64,000 nucleotides of DNA from Rebecca billardiae RCC1528 (taxonomy: Eukaryota > Protista > Haptophyta), in contig OZ251238.1 of the NCBI GenBank assembly GCA_965240325.2, forward strand, positions 1,550,001 to 1,614,000, given 5' to 3'. Both the position numbers and the translations under genes were made by a program. The notes below the pieces were generated by a model. That model had not been told where the DNA came from. It searched no databases and was given only the letters and a program-made list of their open reading frames with translations. Shown in pieces: positions 1-10,600 of the stretch (position 1 is its first letter; each line of letters starts with the position of its first letter).

Positions 1-564
1 CAATTCATTCATTCTCGAGGAGAATCCGCGTCGCACCCCAATCACAGTCCGGCCCGGCCCGGACCACCACACCATTGGCGGCCCCATCCATGGCAGACTG
101 CGCGGCGCAGACACGCCCAGGCGGCTATGCTCGGAGCAAGGGCCGTGGTCATCACCGCCATCACGGCATCGCGGCAGCGTGCGCGTCGGAGTCGGGTGCT
201 CTATGATGTGTGCGCACACATACACACGGACGAGTACGCCAGCGCCACCGTCTCGTCAGGCCGCGTTGCTGACTGCCGTGTGAGCGCGCAGCGACCAGGC
301 GCGGGCAGGCGTTGCTGCAGGCGAGGCGCGGCGGCCGCGCGCGCCTTCTCGCCCCGCCGCCTAAGCGCACGATGCGCCGCCGCGCATTGCCTGGAATCAG
401 ATGGCGGCTGCTGCTCCGTTGCGGCGCGCCTGGCATCAGCGCGCCGCCCTCAGCCGCGCGGCGCGTGGCGGCGCGCACGGGCCGCTGGAGCGTCCACAGT
501 GCCGCCCGCGTGCGCAGAGGGCGCGCGCGCTGGCCCTCGTCGTCGGCGAGGAAGGAGGCACGCG

Positions 565-2319
565 TCACCGCCGTCTCCTGCGTCGCTTGGCGCGGCCATC
601 GCCGTCGAAGCCTGCCGCGGCTGCCGCCGCCGCCGCTGCTGCGGGGAGGGGCCCCCGGCCGGGCGCGTGGCGGCGCGGCTTGGCGGGCCGGCGGCGCGGC
701 TTGGCGCGCGGCGGTCGGACGCGCGGCGTGGCGGGTGCGCAGAGCACGCTCTCGAACCAGCCCTCGCGCACGCCACCGCCGAACCCGCCCTCCTCATCCG
801 CGCCACCACCGCCGCCGCCGCCGGCGCTCAGCGCGCCGCGCAGCAGCGCGCGCGCGCGCCACCACTCCTGGGCAAGCGCCGCCCAGCGCTGCGGCGTGAG
901 CGAGCGCGCGAGATTGGGCGCGAGATCGCGGCCATCTCCGTCGGCGAGATTGCGCGCGCCGCCGGCCGCGGCGGGGTCGGCGACGTGCGGCGGTGGGCGC
1001 AGCGCCGCGTCGGACGGCGGGCCCGCCGTGCCCGCTAGCACCGACGCGTCGGCGTCGGTGACGCGCGCCGGCGGCGCGTGCACGCACACGCTCGCGGGCG
1101 CGCCGCGCGACGCGTCGGCCTTGGCGCGCCCCCGCCGCCGGCGCCGCGTCGCCGCCACGCCGCCGGCGCCGCCGTCGCCGTCGTGCGCGGGCGCGGCCAG
1201 GGCGAGGCGGAGCAGCGCCCACTCGAAGAAGCCGAGCAGCACCGCCGCGTGCCCGGACCCCGCCGCGCCGCTCCCGCCGCCGCTCCGCAGGAACGAGATT
1301 GCGATCACGCCGTGCGAGATCGAGCCGAGATTGCCCCGCGACGCGTCGCTCAGCCGGCGGCGGCGCGCCCACAGCTTGAGCGCGCGCAGCAGCGGCGCGG
1401 CGCGCGCGTCCGCCGCCACGGCCGCGCGCAGCAGCGCCACGTGCGCCATCGACGCGGCCGGTCCGGCGCTCCGATCCGGAAACACGGCAACGTCCACCGG
1501 GATGGCGAGGGCGGCGCCGCTCCCGGACTCTGGCGTGCCGGACCGCCCGGACTCGGGCGCGCCGGAGCCGGACCGGGCGGCGGCAGCCGCGCTGTGCTGC
1601 TGCCGCCGCCGGCGGCGTGCCGTGCTGCCGCTGTGCTGCTGCGCCGCGCCCGCTGGCGGATGGCCGCCGCCGCCGCGCTCGGCGCCGCCCGCCCCTGCGG
1701 CTGCGGCTGTAGCGGCCGAGACCTCCGAATCTGATGATGACGCCGGCCGAGCCGGTCGCCGCTCTGCGGCCGTGCCGCGCGCGAGGGCGGCTGTGTCCAC
1801 CGTGGCGACGAGCTTGAGGATGGGCACGCGCGCGCGGGCGAGCGGGAGCAGGGCGTGCACGGAGACCGCCGCGCCGAGCGCGGCGCCGCCGTCCGCTCCG
1901 AGGCGCGCCGCCAGCTGCCCGACGGCGCTGCCCGGCCGCGGCACGCGCGTGCGGCGCGCGCCGCGCGCGCCGCGCGCGCCGCCGGCCGCCGACGCGTCGG
2001 GGTAGACGCACACGTCGAGGTCGGCGCCGGCGAGGTGCAACCCGGTGGCCGACGAGCCGAACGCCTCGGCGCGCACGCCCGGGCCCCACAGCGCGCGCGC
2101 CACGCGCTGCACGCCGCGCACGAGCAGCGCGCGCGCCGCGCCGTCCGCCGCGCACGGCGCGTGCGCGCGCAGCGCCGCGTCGATCTGCGCGTCGAGCGCG
2201 GCGGCGCGCTCGGGCGGCGCGGCGGCGGCGGGCGCGGCGGCCCGTTGCGCGCGCGGCGGCCGGCGGCTCAGCCACCGCCGGGCCGCGGCGGCGGTGGCGA
2301 GGCGCGGGGCGGCCGCCAT
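565..2319 (-). CDS. Non-canonical poly(A)/poly(U) polymerase (Cid1/TRF4/TUTase/MTPAP-like nucleotidyltransferase, Pol-beta superfamily)
   Basis: AFGSSATGLHLAGADLDVCV matches the hGS..DxD motif, followed by ARVPILKL and a third Asp in IPVDVAVF. LLRALKLWARRRRLSDASRGNLGS and HVADP..RNLA..NLARSL match the central/PAP-associated region. The Arg/Ala-rich N-terminus lacks acidic residues. Confidence 0.85.
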   Translation of the reverse strand: MAAAPRLATAAAARRWLSRRPPRAQRAAAPAAAAPPERAAALDAQIDAALRAHAPCAADGAARALLVRGVQRVARALWGPGVRAEAFGSSATGLHLAGADLDVCVYPDASAAGGARGARGARRTRVPRPGSAVGQLAARLGADGGAALGAAVSVHALLPLARARVPILKLVATVDTAALARGTAAERRPARPASSSDSEVSAATAAAAGAGGAERGGGGHPPAGAAQQHSGSTARRRRRQQHSAAAAARSGSGAPESGRSGTPESGSGAALAIPVDVAVFPDRSAGPAASMAHVALLRAAVAADARAAPLLRALKLWARRRRLSDASRGNLGSISHGVIAISFLRSGGGSGAAGSGHAAVLLGFFEWALLRLALAAPAHDGDGGAGGVAATRRRRRGRAKADASRGAPASVCVHAPPARVTDADASVLAGTAGPPSDAALRPPPHVADPAAAGGARNLADGDGRDLAPNLARSLTPQRWAALAQEWWRARALLRGALSAGGGGGGGADEEGGFGGGVREGWFESVLCAPATPRVRPPRAKPRRRPAKPRRHAPGRGPLPAAAAAAAAAAGFDGDGRAKRRRRRR

Positions 2320-2715
2320 CGCGCGGCGATGAGGGCGGGTGCGCGAGCCTATCTTTTTCTATTCCCACTGCCAGGGTCGAATAAAGTAAATGCGCGCTGC
2401 CCTGCTCGCCAGCCATAAGGCCATCAATGATCGAACACGAGTATAACTACACGACGACGACGCGCACGCGCAGTACTCAGCTCGACGGCCTTAGACGACA
2501 GATGCTTCATCGGCGTCATCAGTGCCATCCAAACGCATGCACAGCCTCGCACCGCCGCGGCATGGGGCCCGGCGGCACGGTCCTGCGGCGTCGACGGCCG
2601 CCGGCGTGTCCGACGCGCGGACACGCCCGCGGGCCGGCCGCCGGGTGCGGTAGAGTGACGCAGCGGACTCGCCGCCGCCCGTCGGCGCGCGCGACGGCCC
2701 TCCGCGCGCGCGCGC

Positions 2716-4044
2716 CTAGCCGGTGTAGCGCAGCAGCACGCCCTGCGAGCCGAGCACGAACCCCTTCGCCTGGTCGAAGAACTTGATCTTGTAGAAGTTG
2801 GACGGGATGTTGTCCGCCTGCTTGTCGCGCCGCCACGTCTTGCCGCCGTCGGTCGTCGCGAGCAGAAGTCCGGAGCCGCCGACGGCGTAGCCCTCGTCCG
2901 GCGTCTTGAACGCCGCGTCGAGGATGCCGAAGCCGGCGGAGTTGACGTTGAAGTCGTCAAAGTCGAGCGAGACCTGCGCCAGGTCCGCCTGCTTCGCCAC
3001 CGCCAGCCCGCCCGCGTTCGTCGCCATCCACAGCCCGCCCTTGAGGTCGTCCGTCACAAAGCCCATGTTTGAAATGCGCTTGGACGTGGCTCGGTTGTGC
3101 GGCACCCAAAAGTCGGAGCCGGGCTGCCAGGTGAGGAAGAAGTTGCCGCGGGAGGAGACGGCGAGGTACTCGCCCGCCTTGTTCCGCAGCACGTTCGTGA
3201 TCGCGCCCGCGAAGTACGACGCGCCCTGCACGCCCGACGACGAGACGCGGTTGAGCGTCGCTTCGATCGTCTCCTGCACCTGCGCCTTCCAGTCGCGCCC
3301 CGAGGACTCGGTGTAGTAGATGGCGCCCTGCGAGGTGCACATCTCGGCCTTGCCGCCGCCGAGCGCGGTGATCGAGATGGGGTCGCCGGGCAGCTTGGGC
3401 GACAGCGGGATCCGCTCCCACGACTTGCCGCCGTCCTTCGTGTGCAGCAGGATCGACGGCTTGCCCACCACCCAGCCCTCGCCGTCCTTGAACGAAACCT
3501 TCGTGAAGCGGTAGTTGATCTCGTCCTCGGTGTCGAGGTTGGCGAAGGCCTTCTGCGTCCAGCTCTTGCCGCCGTCGGTCGTCTCGAGGAACGTCCCCTT
3601 GTTCCCCACGATCCAGCCGTGCTCCGGCTGCGCCGAGTCGAACTCGACGTCGAAGAGGATCGTCTCGACCGGGATGTCCACCTGCGCCCAGCGCGTGGGC
3701 GGGGCGGCGGAGCCGAAGAGGTCGAGGGCGGCGGCGGGGCGCGCGGGGCCGAAGGCCGAGGAGACGCCCGCCGCGAGCGCCGACGCCGACGCCGCGCGCA
3801 GCAGCTCGCGCCGCGCCGGCTCGGCGCGGTCGCGGTCGCGGTCGCCGCCGCCATGCGCCGCCGCGCGCGCCGCGCCGCGCGGCGCCGCGCCGAGCCTCCT
3901 CGTCGCGGCGGAGAGCGCGGCGGGCGCGAGGCGGCGGCCGGCGGCGGGGCCGCGCACCGCGCCGCGCGCGCCGACCGCCAGCGCCGCGAGCACCGCCAGC
4001 GCCGCCCACGCGCCGCCCGCACGCGTTGATGACGACGGCCGCAT
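2716..4044 (-). CDS. HCF136: Photosystem II stability/assembly factor Ycf48/HCF136
   Basis: BNR/Asp-box propeller repeats (TTDGGKSW, TKDGGKSW, TTDGGKTW) and family motifs GWVVGKPSILLHT, LSPKLPG, AVSSRGNFFLTWQPG, GFVLGSQGVLLRY. Contains the segment VQETIEATLNRVSSSGVQGASYF seen in eukaryotic homologues. Start set at ATG 4044, giving signal peptide + transit peptide + RR Tat lumen signal (ARRELL..PAAA). Confidence 0.96.
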   Translation of the reverse strand: MRPSSSTRAGGAWAALAVLAALAVGARGAVRGPAAGRRLAPAALSAATRRLGAAPRGAARAAAHGGGDRDRDRAEPARRELLRAASASALAAGVSSAFGPARPAAALDLFGSAAPPTRWAQVDIPVETILFDVEFDSAQPEHGWIVGNKGTFLETTDGGKSWTQKAFANLDTEDEINYRFTKVSFKDGEGWVVGKPSILLHTKDGGKSWERIPLSPKLPGDPISITALGGGKAEMCTSQGAIYYTESSGRDWKAQVQETIEATLNRVSSSGVQGASYFAGAITNVLRNKAGEYLAVSSRGNFFLTWQPGSDFWVPHNRATSKRISNMGFVTDDLKGGLWMATNAGGLAVAKQADLAQVSLDFDDFNVNSAGFGILDAAFKTPDEGYAVGGSGLLLATTDGGKTWRRDKQADNIPSNFYKIKFFDQAKGFVLGSQGVLLRYTG

Positions 4045-4391
4045 GATGGCGAGAGGCGCCGACACGCGAGCGACCGGCCCCCGAGAGAAGTCGCGAGGCT
4101 TCGCGAGGGCGGTCATTATCAGCGGGCCCAGCCGCGCTTCGGCGCGTGTGCGGCCGAAGCGCGCGCGGCTCGGCCGGATCGCGCCGGCCGGACGCGCGCA
4201 GCTTCGCGCCGCGCGTTTCTCCGGCGGCGGCGCTGTGGCTTATTGCGCGCAATCACGCAAGGCGTGCGCGCACCGGCCGGCGAGCAAGAGAGCGAGCGCC
4301 CGAGACCGCCCGCCGCCCCGACCGCCGCCGCCCACACACACGCGCGCGCCGCGCCCGCCGAGGAGCACCAACGACGATGACGTGCACGCGC
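4045..4391. promoter_or_regulatory. Probable bidirectional promoter between HCF136 (-) and the small plastid TM gene (+)
   Basis: ~347 bp separate the divergent start codons of two plastid-targeted proteins. Confidence 0.45.
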
Positions 4392-4802
4392 ATGCCGATC
4401 CCGGCCCAGCTCGTCGTCCTCGCCGCGCTCGTCGCCGCCGCCTCCGCGCTCGCGCACCGCGCGCCGCCCACCGCGCTCGGCGGCGCGCGCGCCGCGCCGC
4501 GGCCGTCGGCGCTCGCCGCGCCGCTCCGCCGCGGCGGCGCGCTCGCGAGGCGCGCGCACGTCGTGCTCGCGGAGGGCGAGGAGGAGGCGACGAAGGAGGA
4601 CGACGGCGCGCTCTACGAGCCCGCCACGCCGCCCAAGCCCACCAAGCCGCCCATCTCCAACGCGATGCGCGAGCGGCTGCTCAAGGAGAACCGAGCGCTC
4701 GGCGGCGACCCGGACGCGTCGTCGGGCAACCCGATCCTGGTGGTCTCGATCGTGGTCGGGATCCTCGCGATCGTGGTCGTGGGCGGCGGCTTCGCCGGCT
4801 AG
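4392..4802 (+). CDS. Small plastid-targeted single-pass membrane protein of unknown function (~136 aa)
   Basis: ATG 4392 begins signal peptide MPIPAQLVVLAALVAAASA, then an Arg/Ala/Pro transit-like segment and an acidic linker. ISNAMRERLLKENRALGGDPD precedes the C-terminal TM helix NPILVVSIVVGILAIVVVGG. Codon third positions are GC-biased. Confidence 0.8.
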   Translation: MPIPAQLVVLAALVAAASALAHRAPPTALGGARAAPRPSALAAPLRRGGALARRAHVVLAEGEEEATKEDDGALYEPATPPKPTKPPISNAMRERLLKENRALGGDPDASSGNPILVVSIVVGILAIVVVGGGFAG

Positions 4803-5108
4803 CCGCGCGCGCGGCCCCACCGTGTGGACTCATGATGACCGAATCGCGTTGACAATACTCGTGATTGAGACGGCTGCTGGCAAATCTGCGGAGTGCGGTG
4901 CTGGCTCAGCCCCGTCAGCCGTAACACTCTGCATATCATCATCAGTACAATGATGGCGCGACGACGACGCACGCTCTGCTGCCGTGCTGTCTGCCATCGA
5001 CAGCGCGCTCTATGCGCGGTGAGTATTAGACTGAGCAGACAGAAGTCAGATGACCGCGCGGCCGCGCCGAGAGACTTCATCAGATACAGTCGGGCGGCGC
5101 AGCATGCT

Positions 5109-5128
5109 GTGTATATATATATATACAC
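5109..5128. repeat. (TA)n microsatellite forming a perfect palindrome between convergent gene ends
   Basis: gtgtatatatatatatacac, between stop codons at 4802 (+) and 5269 (-). Confidence 0.8.
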
Positions 5129-5268
5129 GGCTGTAGTCAGTAGTGCTGAGCGCAATGGTGTCGCGCGTCACTTTCACCTGTCCGCTGTCGGAGTCTGAGA
5201 CACTCAGACTGCTGCTGAGACCGAGACCGATCCGCACGCGGACGGCGGGTGAGGTGCGGCCGCCGTCG

Positions 5269-7564
5269 TCAGGCCGCCATGACGGGGGCGGCCGCGGGCC
5301 GCGCCGCGCCGCCGAGCGCGCCGGCGCGCGCCGCCTCGCCCACCACCTCGGCGCCGCCGCTCGGCTCCGCGGCCGCCGGCGCGTCCACGCGCCTGCCGCC
5401 GCCACCCGTCGCCTGCGCGGCGTCCGCCTGGCCGGCGCCGCCGTCGCCGCCGCCGCCGGCCTCGTCGCTGCCGCTCGTGCGCGCGAGCTGCGGCGGCGCG
5501 TCGTGCTCGGGCCACGCCTCGCGCCGCGCGGCGCGCGCGCGCGAGCGCGAGCGCTTGCCCTTGCTCTTCGCGCGCCCCTTGCCGCCGCCGCCGCCGCCAC
5601 TGCCGCGCTTGGCCGAGCGCGCGCGCCGCGCGCCGGGCGAGCTCGCGCGCCGCTGCTCCGACTCGGCGGCGGCGGCGGCGGCGGCGTCGTCGGCGCCGTC
5701 CGCGGCGCGCGGCGGGCGCACGCCGGAGTAGACGACGTTGAGCACGCCGAGCGAGTTGTGCCACGGCAGCACCTCCGCGGCGGAGCGCCGGAAGTTCGCC
5801 GCCACCGCCGCGCGCAGGTGCGCCGGCGGCGGCGCGCCCGGCCCGCTGTGCTCCGCCGGCTGGCGCGCGCCCGGCGCTGAGCCGGGGCGGCGGCGCGCGG
5901 ACGCGGGCGCGGATGAGCCGCTGGCGGCGGCGTCGGGGGCGGAGCCGAGCGCGGCGGAGGCGGCGTCGGGCGCGTGCCGCGCCGGGCCCTCCGACTCGCG
6001 CCGCCGCGCCTCCGCCGCCGCGCGCTGCGCGTCCGGGCCCGCCACGGACACGGCGCGCGCCGACGCGGGCCGCGCGCGCGCCGCGCCGCCGAGCGGCGCG
6101 ATGCGCACCGCGCCGCCGCCGCCGGCCATGTCGGCGTGCGAGCGCACGGCGCGGAGCCGGCCGGGCGGCGGCGCGGCGAGCGGCGGGCGCGACGCCGCGC
6201 TCCCGCCGAGCGCCGGCGCCGACTTGCCGCCAAAGCTGCCCCCGCCGCCGCCCCACTCATCCTCCGACGTCTCGAGCTGGCGCGCCGCCGCCTCGGCCGC
6301 GTCCGCGGCGGTGCGCAGCCGGCGCGCGGCGGCGCGCGCCTTGGCCGCGGCGGTGCCTGAGCCGGCGGCGGGGCCGCGCGGGCCGGCGCCGTCGGGCGGC
6401 GTGGTCGAGCCGCCACGGACCACCGCGCTCGTCGGCGCCGCCGGGTGCGCCGCGAGCGCGCCCACCGGCCCAAGCACTTTCGCGTCGCCCGCGGCGAGCT
6501 CGGCGGCGGAGCGCGGCCGCGGCGGCGGCGGCAGCGGCTCGGCGCCGCCGCCGCCGGCCGCACCCGTGGGGCTGGCGTGGTACGGCGACTTGGCGCGGCC
6601 GCGCGGCGCGCCGCCGCCCACGCCCACCGGCCGGTGCAGCTCGCGCACGAGCGAGCGCTGCTCCGCGCCGGACAGTCCGGACGGCGCACCGGACACAAGT
6701 CCGGGCGCGCCGCCGCCGCCGAGCGCCGACGCGGGCGAGGTCACGGGCTCGGCGCCGGCGAGGCCGAGGCCGCCGCCGCCGAGGTAGCCGTCGGTGTGGC
6801 CGCGCCAGCCCACGCCGAGCGGGCCGCCCGCGACGACGCGCAACGCGCCGCTCCCGCGCGCCGAGCCCGGCCGCGCGCCCACCGTCCACCCGCCCGCCGA
6901 GTAGCCGCCGTAACCGCCGCCGTAACCGCCGCCGCGCTCGCGGCCGGCGCGCGCGGACGCGGGCCGCGCGCGCGCGCCGACCGGCGCGGGCGGCGGGACG
7001 AGGCCGAGGGAGGAGGCCCAGCCCGTGCCGCCGCTACGCCGCCCGCCGCCGCCCGGCCCGTCGTGCAGCTCCGCCGCCGCCAGCGCCGTCGTCGCCGCGT
7101 TGCCCGCCGCGGCCGCGGCCGCGACCGCACGCTGCGTCTCGGCGACGGCCGCGTCTCGAGCGCCCGCGGCGCCGTCGGCGGCGCCGACGGCGTCGCGCGC
7201 GGCGGTGGTGGCGGTGGCGGACTCGAGCGACGCGGCGGCGCGCGCGACCTCCGCCTGCGCCGCCGCGGTCGCCGCCGTCTCCGCCGCCGCCACCGCGCGC
7301 TCGGACGCCGCCGCCGCCGCCGCGTGCCTCGCGTCCAGCTCCGCGCGCGACGCGGCGGCGGCCTCGGCGCCCGCGGCGGCGGCGGCGGCCTGCTCGGCGG
7401 CGGACGCCGCGCCCGCCTCGGCGGCGGCGGCGGACGCCGCGGCGCGCGCGTCCGCGCCCGCCAGCTCCGACGCGCGCGCCGCGGCCTCGTCGCGCGCCGC
7501 CGCCGCGGCCGCCGCGGCCGCGCGCCCGTCGCCGAGCGCGGCCGCGCCCGCCGCCGCGCTCGCC

Positions 7565-7601
<37 letters not shown>

Positions 7602-10600
7602 TCGCGTCGTGCGCGACGGCGGAGACGAGCGACTCGACGGCCGCGCCGACCGCGGCGGCGTCCGCTACCGCGCTCGCCGCCGCCTCCGACGCGGCGGCGC
7701 GCGCGGCCGCGTCGACCGCAGCGCGCGCCGCCGAGCCCATCGCCGCCGCCGCCGCCGCGCCCGCGCCGCCGCCGGCGTGTGACGCGGCGGCGGCGGTGGC
7801 GTCGGCGGCGTCGGCGCCGGCGAGGTGTGCGAGCGCCGCCGCGGCCGCGTCCGCCGCGGCGCGCTCCGCCGCGGCGCGCCGCTCCGCCTCCGCCGCCGCG
7901 CTCGCCTCCGCCGCGGCGCGCGCCGCCAGCGCGTCCGCCGCGCGCCGCGCCGCCGCCTCGGCCGCCGCCTCGGCGGCGGCGCGCGCCTCGGCCGCGGCGG
8001 TCGCCGCCTCCGCCTCGGCGCGCGCGAGCGCCGCCGCCGCCGCCGCGCGCTCCGACGCCGCCGCCGCCTCGAGCTCCGCCGCTGCGCGCGCCTTCACCAG
8101 TTCGAGCAGCGCCTGAGCCTCGGCAAGCGAAGACGACGGCAGCCCGGCACCGCCGCCGCCGCCGCCGAGCGCGGCGAGCAGCGCGGCGAGGGTGGCGGCG
8201 TCGGCGGCGCCGAGCTGCGCCGGCGGCGCGGCGGGCGGCGCCGGCGGTGCCGGCGGCGCGGCGGCGGGCGCCTCGGCCCGCGGCGAGGGCGGCGCCGGCG
8301 CCGCCGCCGCGCGCCGCGCCGCCGCCGCGCGCCGCCGGCCGAGCATGCCGCGCGCCGCGCCGCCGATGGCGGCGGCGGCGGCGGTGCGCTCGGCGGCGGC
8401 GGCGTGGGCGGCGGCGCGCGCGGCGCGGCCGCGCTCGGCGGCGGCGATCGCGCTGGCGGCGGCCGCGCGCGCGGCGGCGCCGCCGCCCGCCTCGCGCCGC
8501 GCGGCGCGGCCGCGCCACGCCGCGCCGAGCCGCGCCGCGGCCGCGCGCCGCGTGCCCGCGGCCGCGGCGAGCGCGGCGCGCGCGGCGCGGCCGCGCGCCG
8601 CGGCGGCGATCGCCGACGCGGCGCCCCACGCCGCGGGCGGGCGGCCCTCCTCGGCCATCAGCTTGCGCGCCGACTGGTGCCGCGAGAGCGTCGCCGCCGC
8701 ATGCTCCCTGGCGGCGGCGCGCGACGCCTCCGCCGCCTCGGCCGCGGCGCGCTGCGCGCGGCCGCGCGCCGCCGCGGCGATGGCGGTGGCGGCGGCGGCG
8801 CGCGCGGCGCGCGGCGGCGCGGCGGCGCGGCGCGCGGCGCGGCCGCGCCACGCCGCGCCCACGCGCGCCGCCGCGGCGTGCCGCTCGGCGCGCTCCGCCG
8901 CCCACGCGGCGCGCGCCGCGCGGCCGCGCGCGACCGCCGCAATCGCCGACGCGGCGCGCGGGCCGTAGAGGGACGCGAGCTCGTCGTCGGCCGCCGGCGC
9001 GGCGGCGGCGGCGGCCGCGTCGGCGACGTGGGCGGGCGCCACGGCGGGCGCCGCCGCCGCCTCCACAGCCGCCGACGCGGCCGCCTCGCTCTCGCGGCGC
9101 ACGCGCGACGCGCGCGCGCCGCGAACCCACGAGCGCGCGATCGCGCCGCGCGCGCCCGCCGTGAGCGTGTGCGCGGCGGCGCGCTCGTGCGCGCGCGAGG
9201 CGGCGCGGCGCGCGCCGAGGCGGCGGCGCGCGTGCGCCTGCACGCGCGTCGCCGCGTCCACGCGCGACGCGCCCGTCGACACGAGCCAATTCGTGAGCGC
9301 GCCGCGCGCCGCGACCGCCGCGGCGCCGCCGTCCGCGTCCGCGTCGGCGCCGCCGCCGCCGTCCGCGCCGCCGCCGCCGCCGCTCAGCAGGTCGTCCAGC
9401 GCGGGGCGCACGCCCGCGGCGCGCAGCGCGTCGGCGACGCGCTCGTCCGCGCCCATCGCGCCGTCGGCCAGCACGTTCTGCACCGTCACCGCCGCGTAGT
9501 GCGCGCTGCGGCGCGGCGGGCGGGCGCGGCGGCGCGGCGCGATGCGGTGCGGTGCGGCGCGGTGCGGTGCGCGGTGAGCGGGTGTGTGCGCGGGCGGCGC
9601 GGGCGGCGCGGGCGGCGCGGGCGGCGCGCGCACCTGCCGTCCCTCGCGCGCGCGCGGAGCAGCTCCGCGCACAGCACCAGCCCGCCCGAGCGCACGACCA
9701 CGTCCGCCGCGCCCACCTGCGCAGCGGCGCACGCAGCGGCGCACGCAGCGGCGGCGGCGGCGGGGCACGCAGCGGCGGTGGCGGCGGACCGCGGCGGTTG
9801 GGGCGTGGCGCCGGTGAGCGGCGGGCGGCTCGGGCGGGGCGGCGTGGCGCGGGCGCGCGCGGGCGCGCGGCGCGCACGTCTGCCGCGTTGGCGCACACGC
9901 ACGCCGCGAGCAGCGGCAGCGGCGACGCCGCGTCGGCCGGCGGCGGCTCAAGCCTGCCTGCCGCGTCCGCGGCGCGCGCGGCCGCGTGCGCGGCGCGGGC
10001 GCGGACGGCGACGGCGTCGAGGGCGACGGCGAGGGCGGCGCGGCCAAAGGGCGTGGGCGGCGGCTCGTCGGCCGCGCCGAAGAGGGCCGACTCCGCCGCC
10101 GTCGGGCCGCCCGCCGCGCACTGCCGCGCCGCCGCGTCCACCTGCGCCGTGTCGGCCGAGCGGTCGCGCGCGCGGCGCGCGTGAGCGGGCGGCGGCGCGG
10201 GCGCGGCGCGGCGCTGGCGGTTTGGGCGGGCGGGGTCGCGCGCGCGCGCGCACGAGGAGCTCCATGAGCGGCAGCGCGCGCAGCGCCGCCGCCGCCGCCG
10301 CCTCCTCCGCCGAGCCCTCCAGCTCCGTCAGCAGCGCCGCCGCCTCCATCGCCGCGCGCGCGCGCATCGCCTCGGCGCGCGCCGTCGTCGCGAGGTCGTC
10401 GCCGGCCGCGGCCGCGTCGGCGGCGGCGGCTTCGAGCGCGTCCGCGCGCTCGAGGGCGGCGGATGCGCGGCCGAGGCGGAGGCCGATCTCGCGGCCGGGG
10501 AGGCGCCGCTCGCGCGCCGAGCGCACGAGCCAGCCGCGCGTCGCCGCCTGCGCGCGTTTTCGAGCGCGCGCGCGCGCGTGTCGGCGGCGGCGCGCGGCAG

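Noticed and set aside
900-960. Repeated aatctcgc motif in the nucleotidyltransferase, also seen in the intron at 10980-11040, as a possible intron or mobile element
   Set aside because: It is in frame, encodes the expected NLA motif and has no clear splice sites. The similarity is too short to support a shared element.
4045-4116. Upstream ATG at 4116 as the Ycf48 start
   Set aside because: It would bury the signal peptide behind 24 polar residues. ATG 4044 fits better, though this is not proven.
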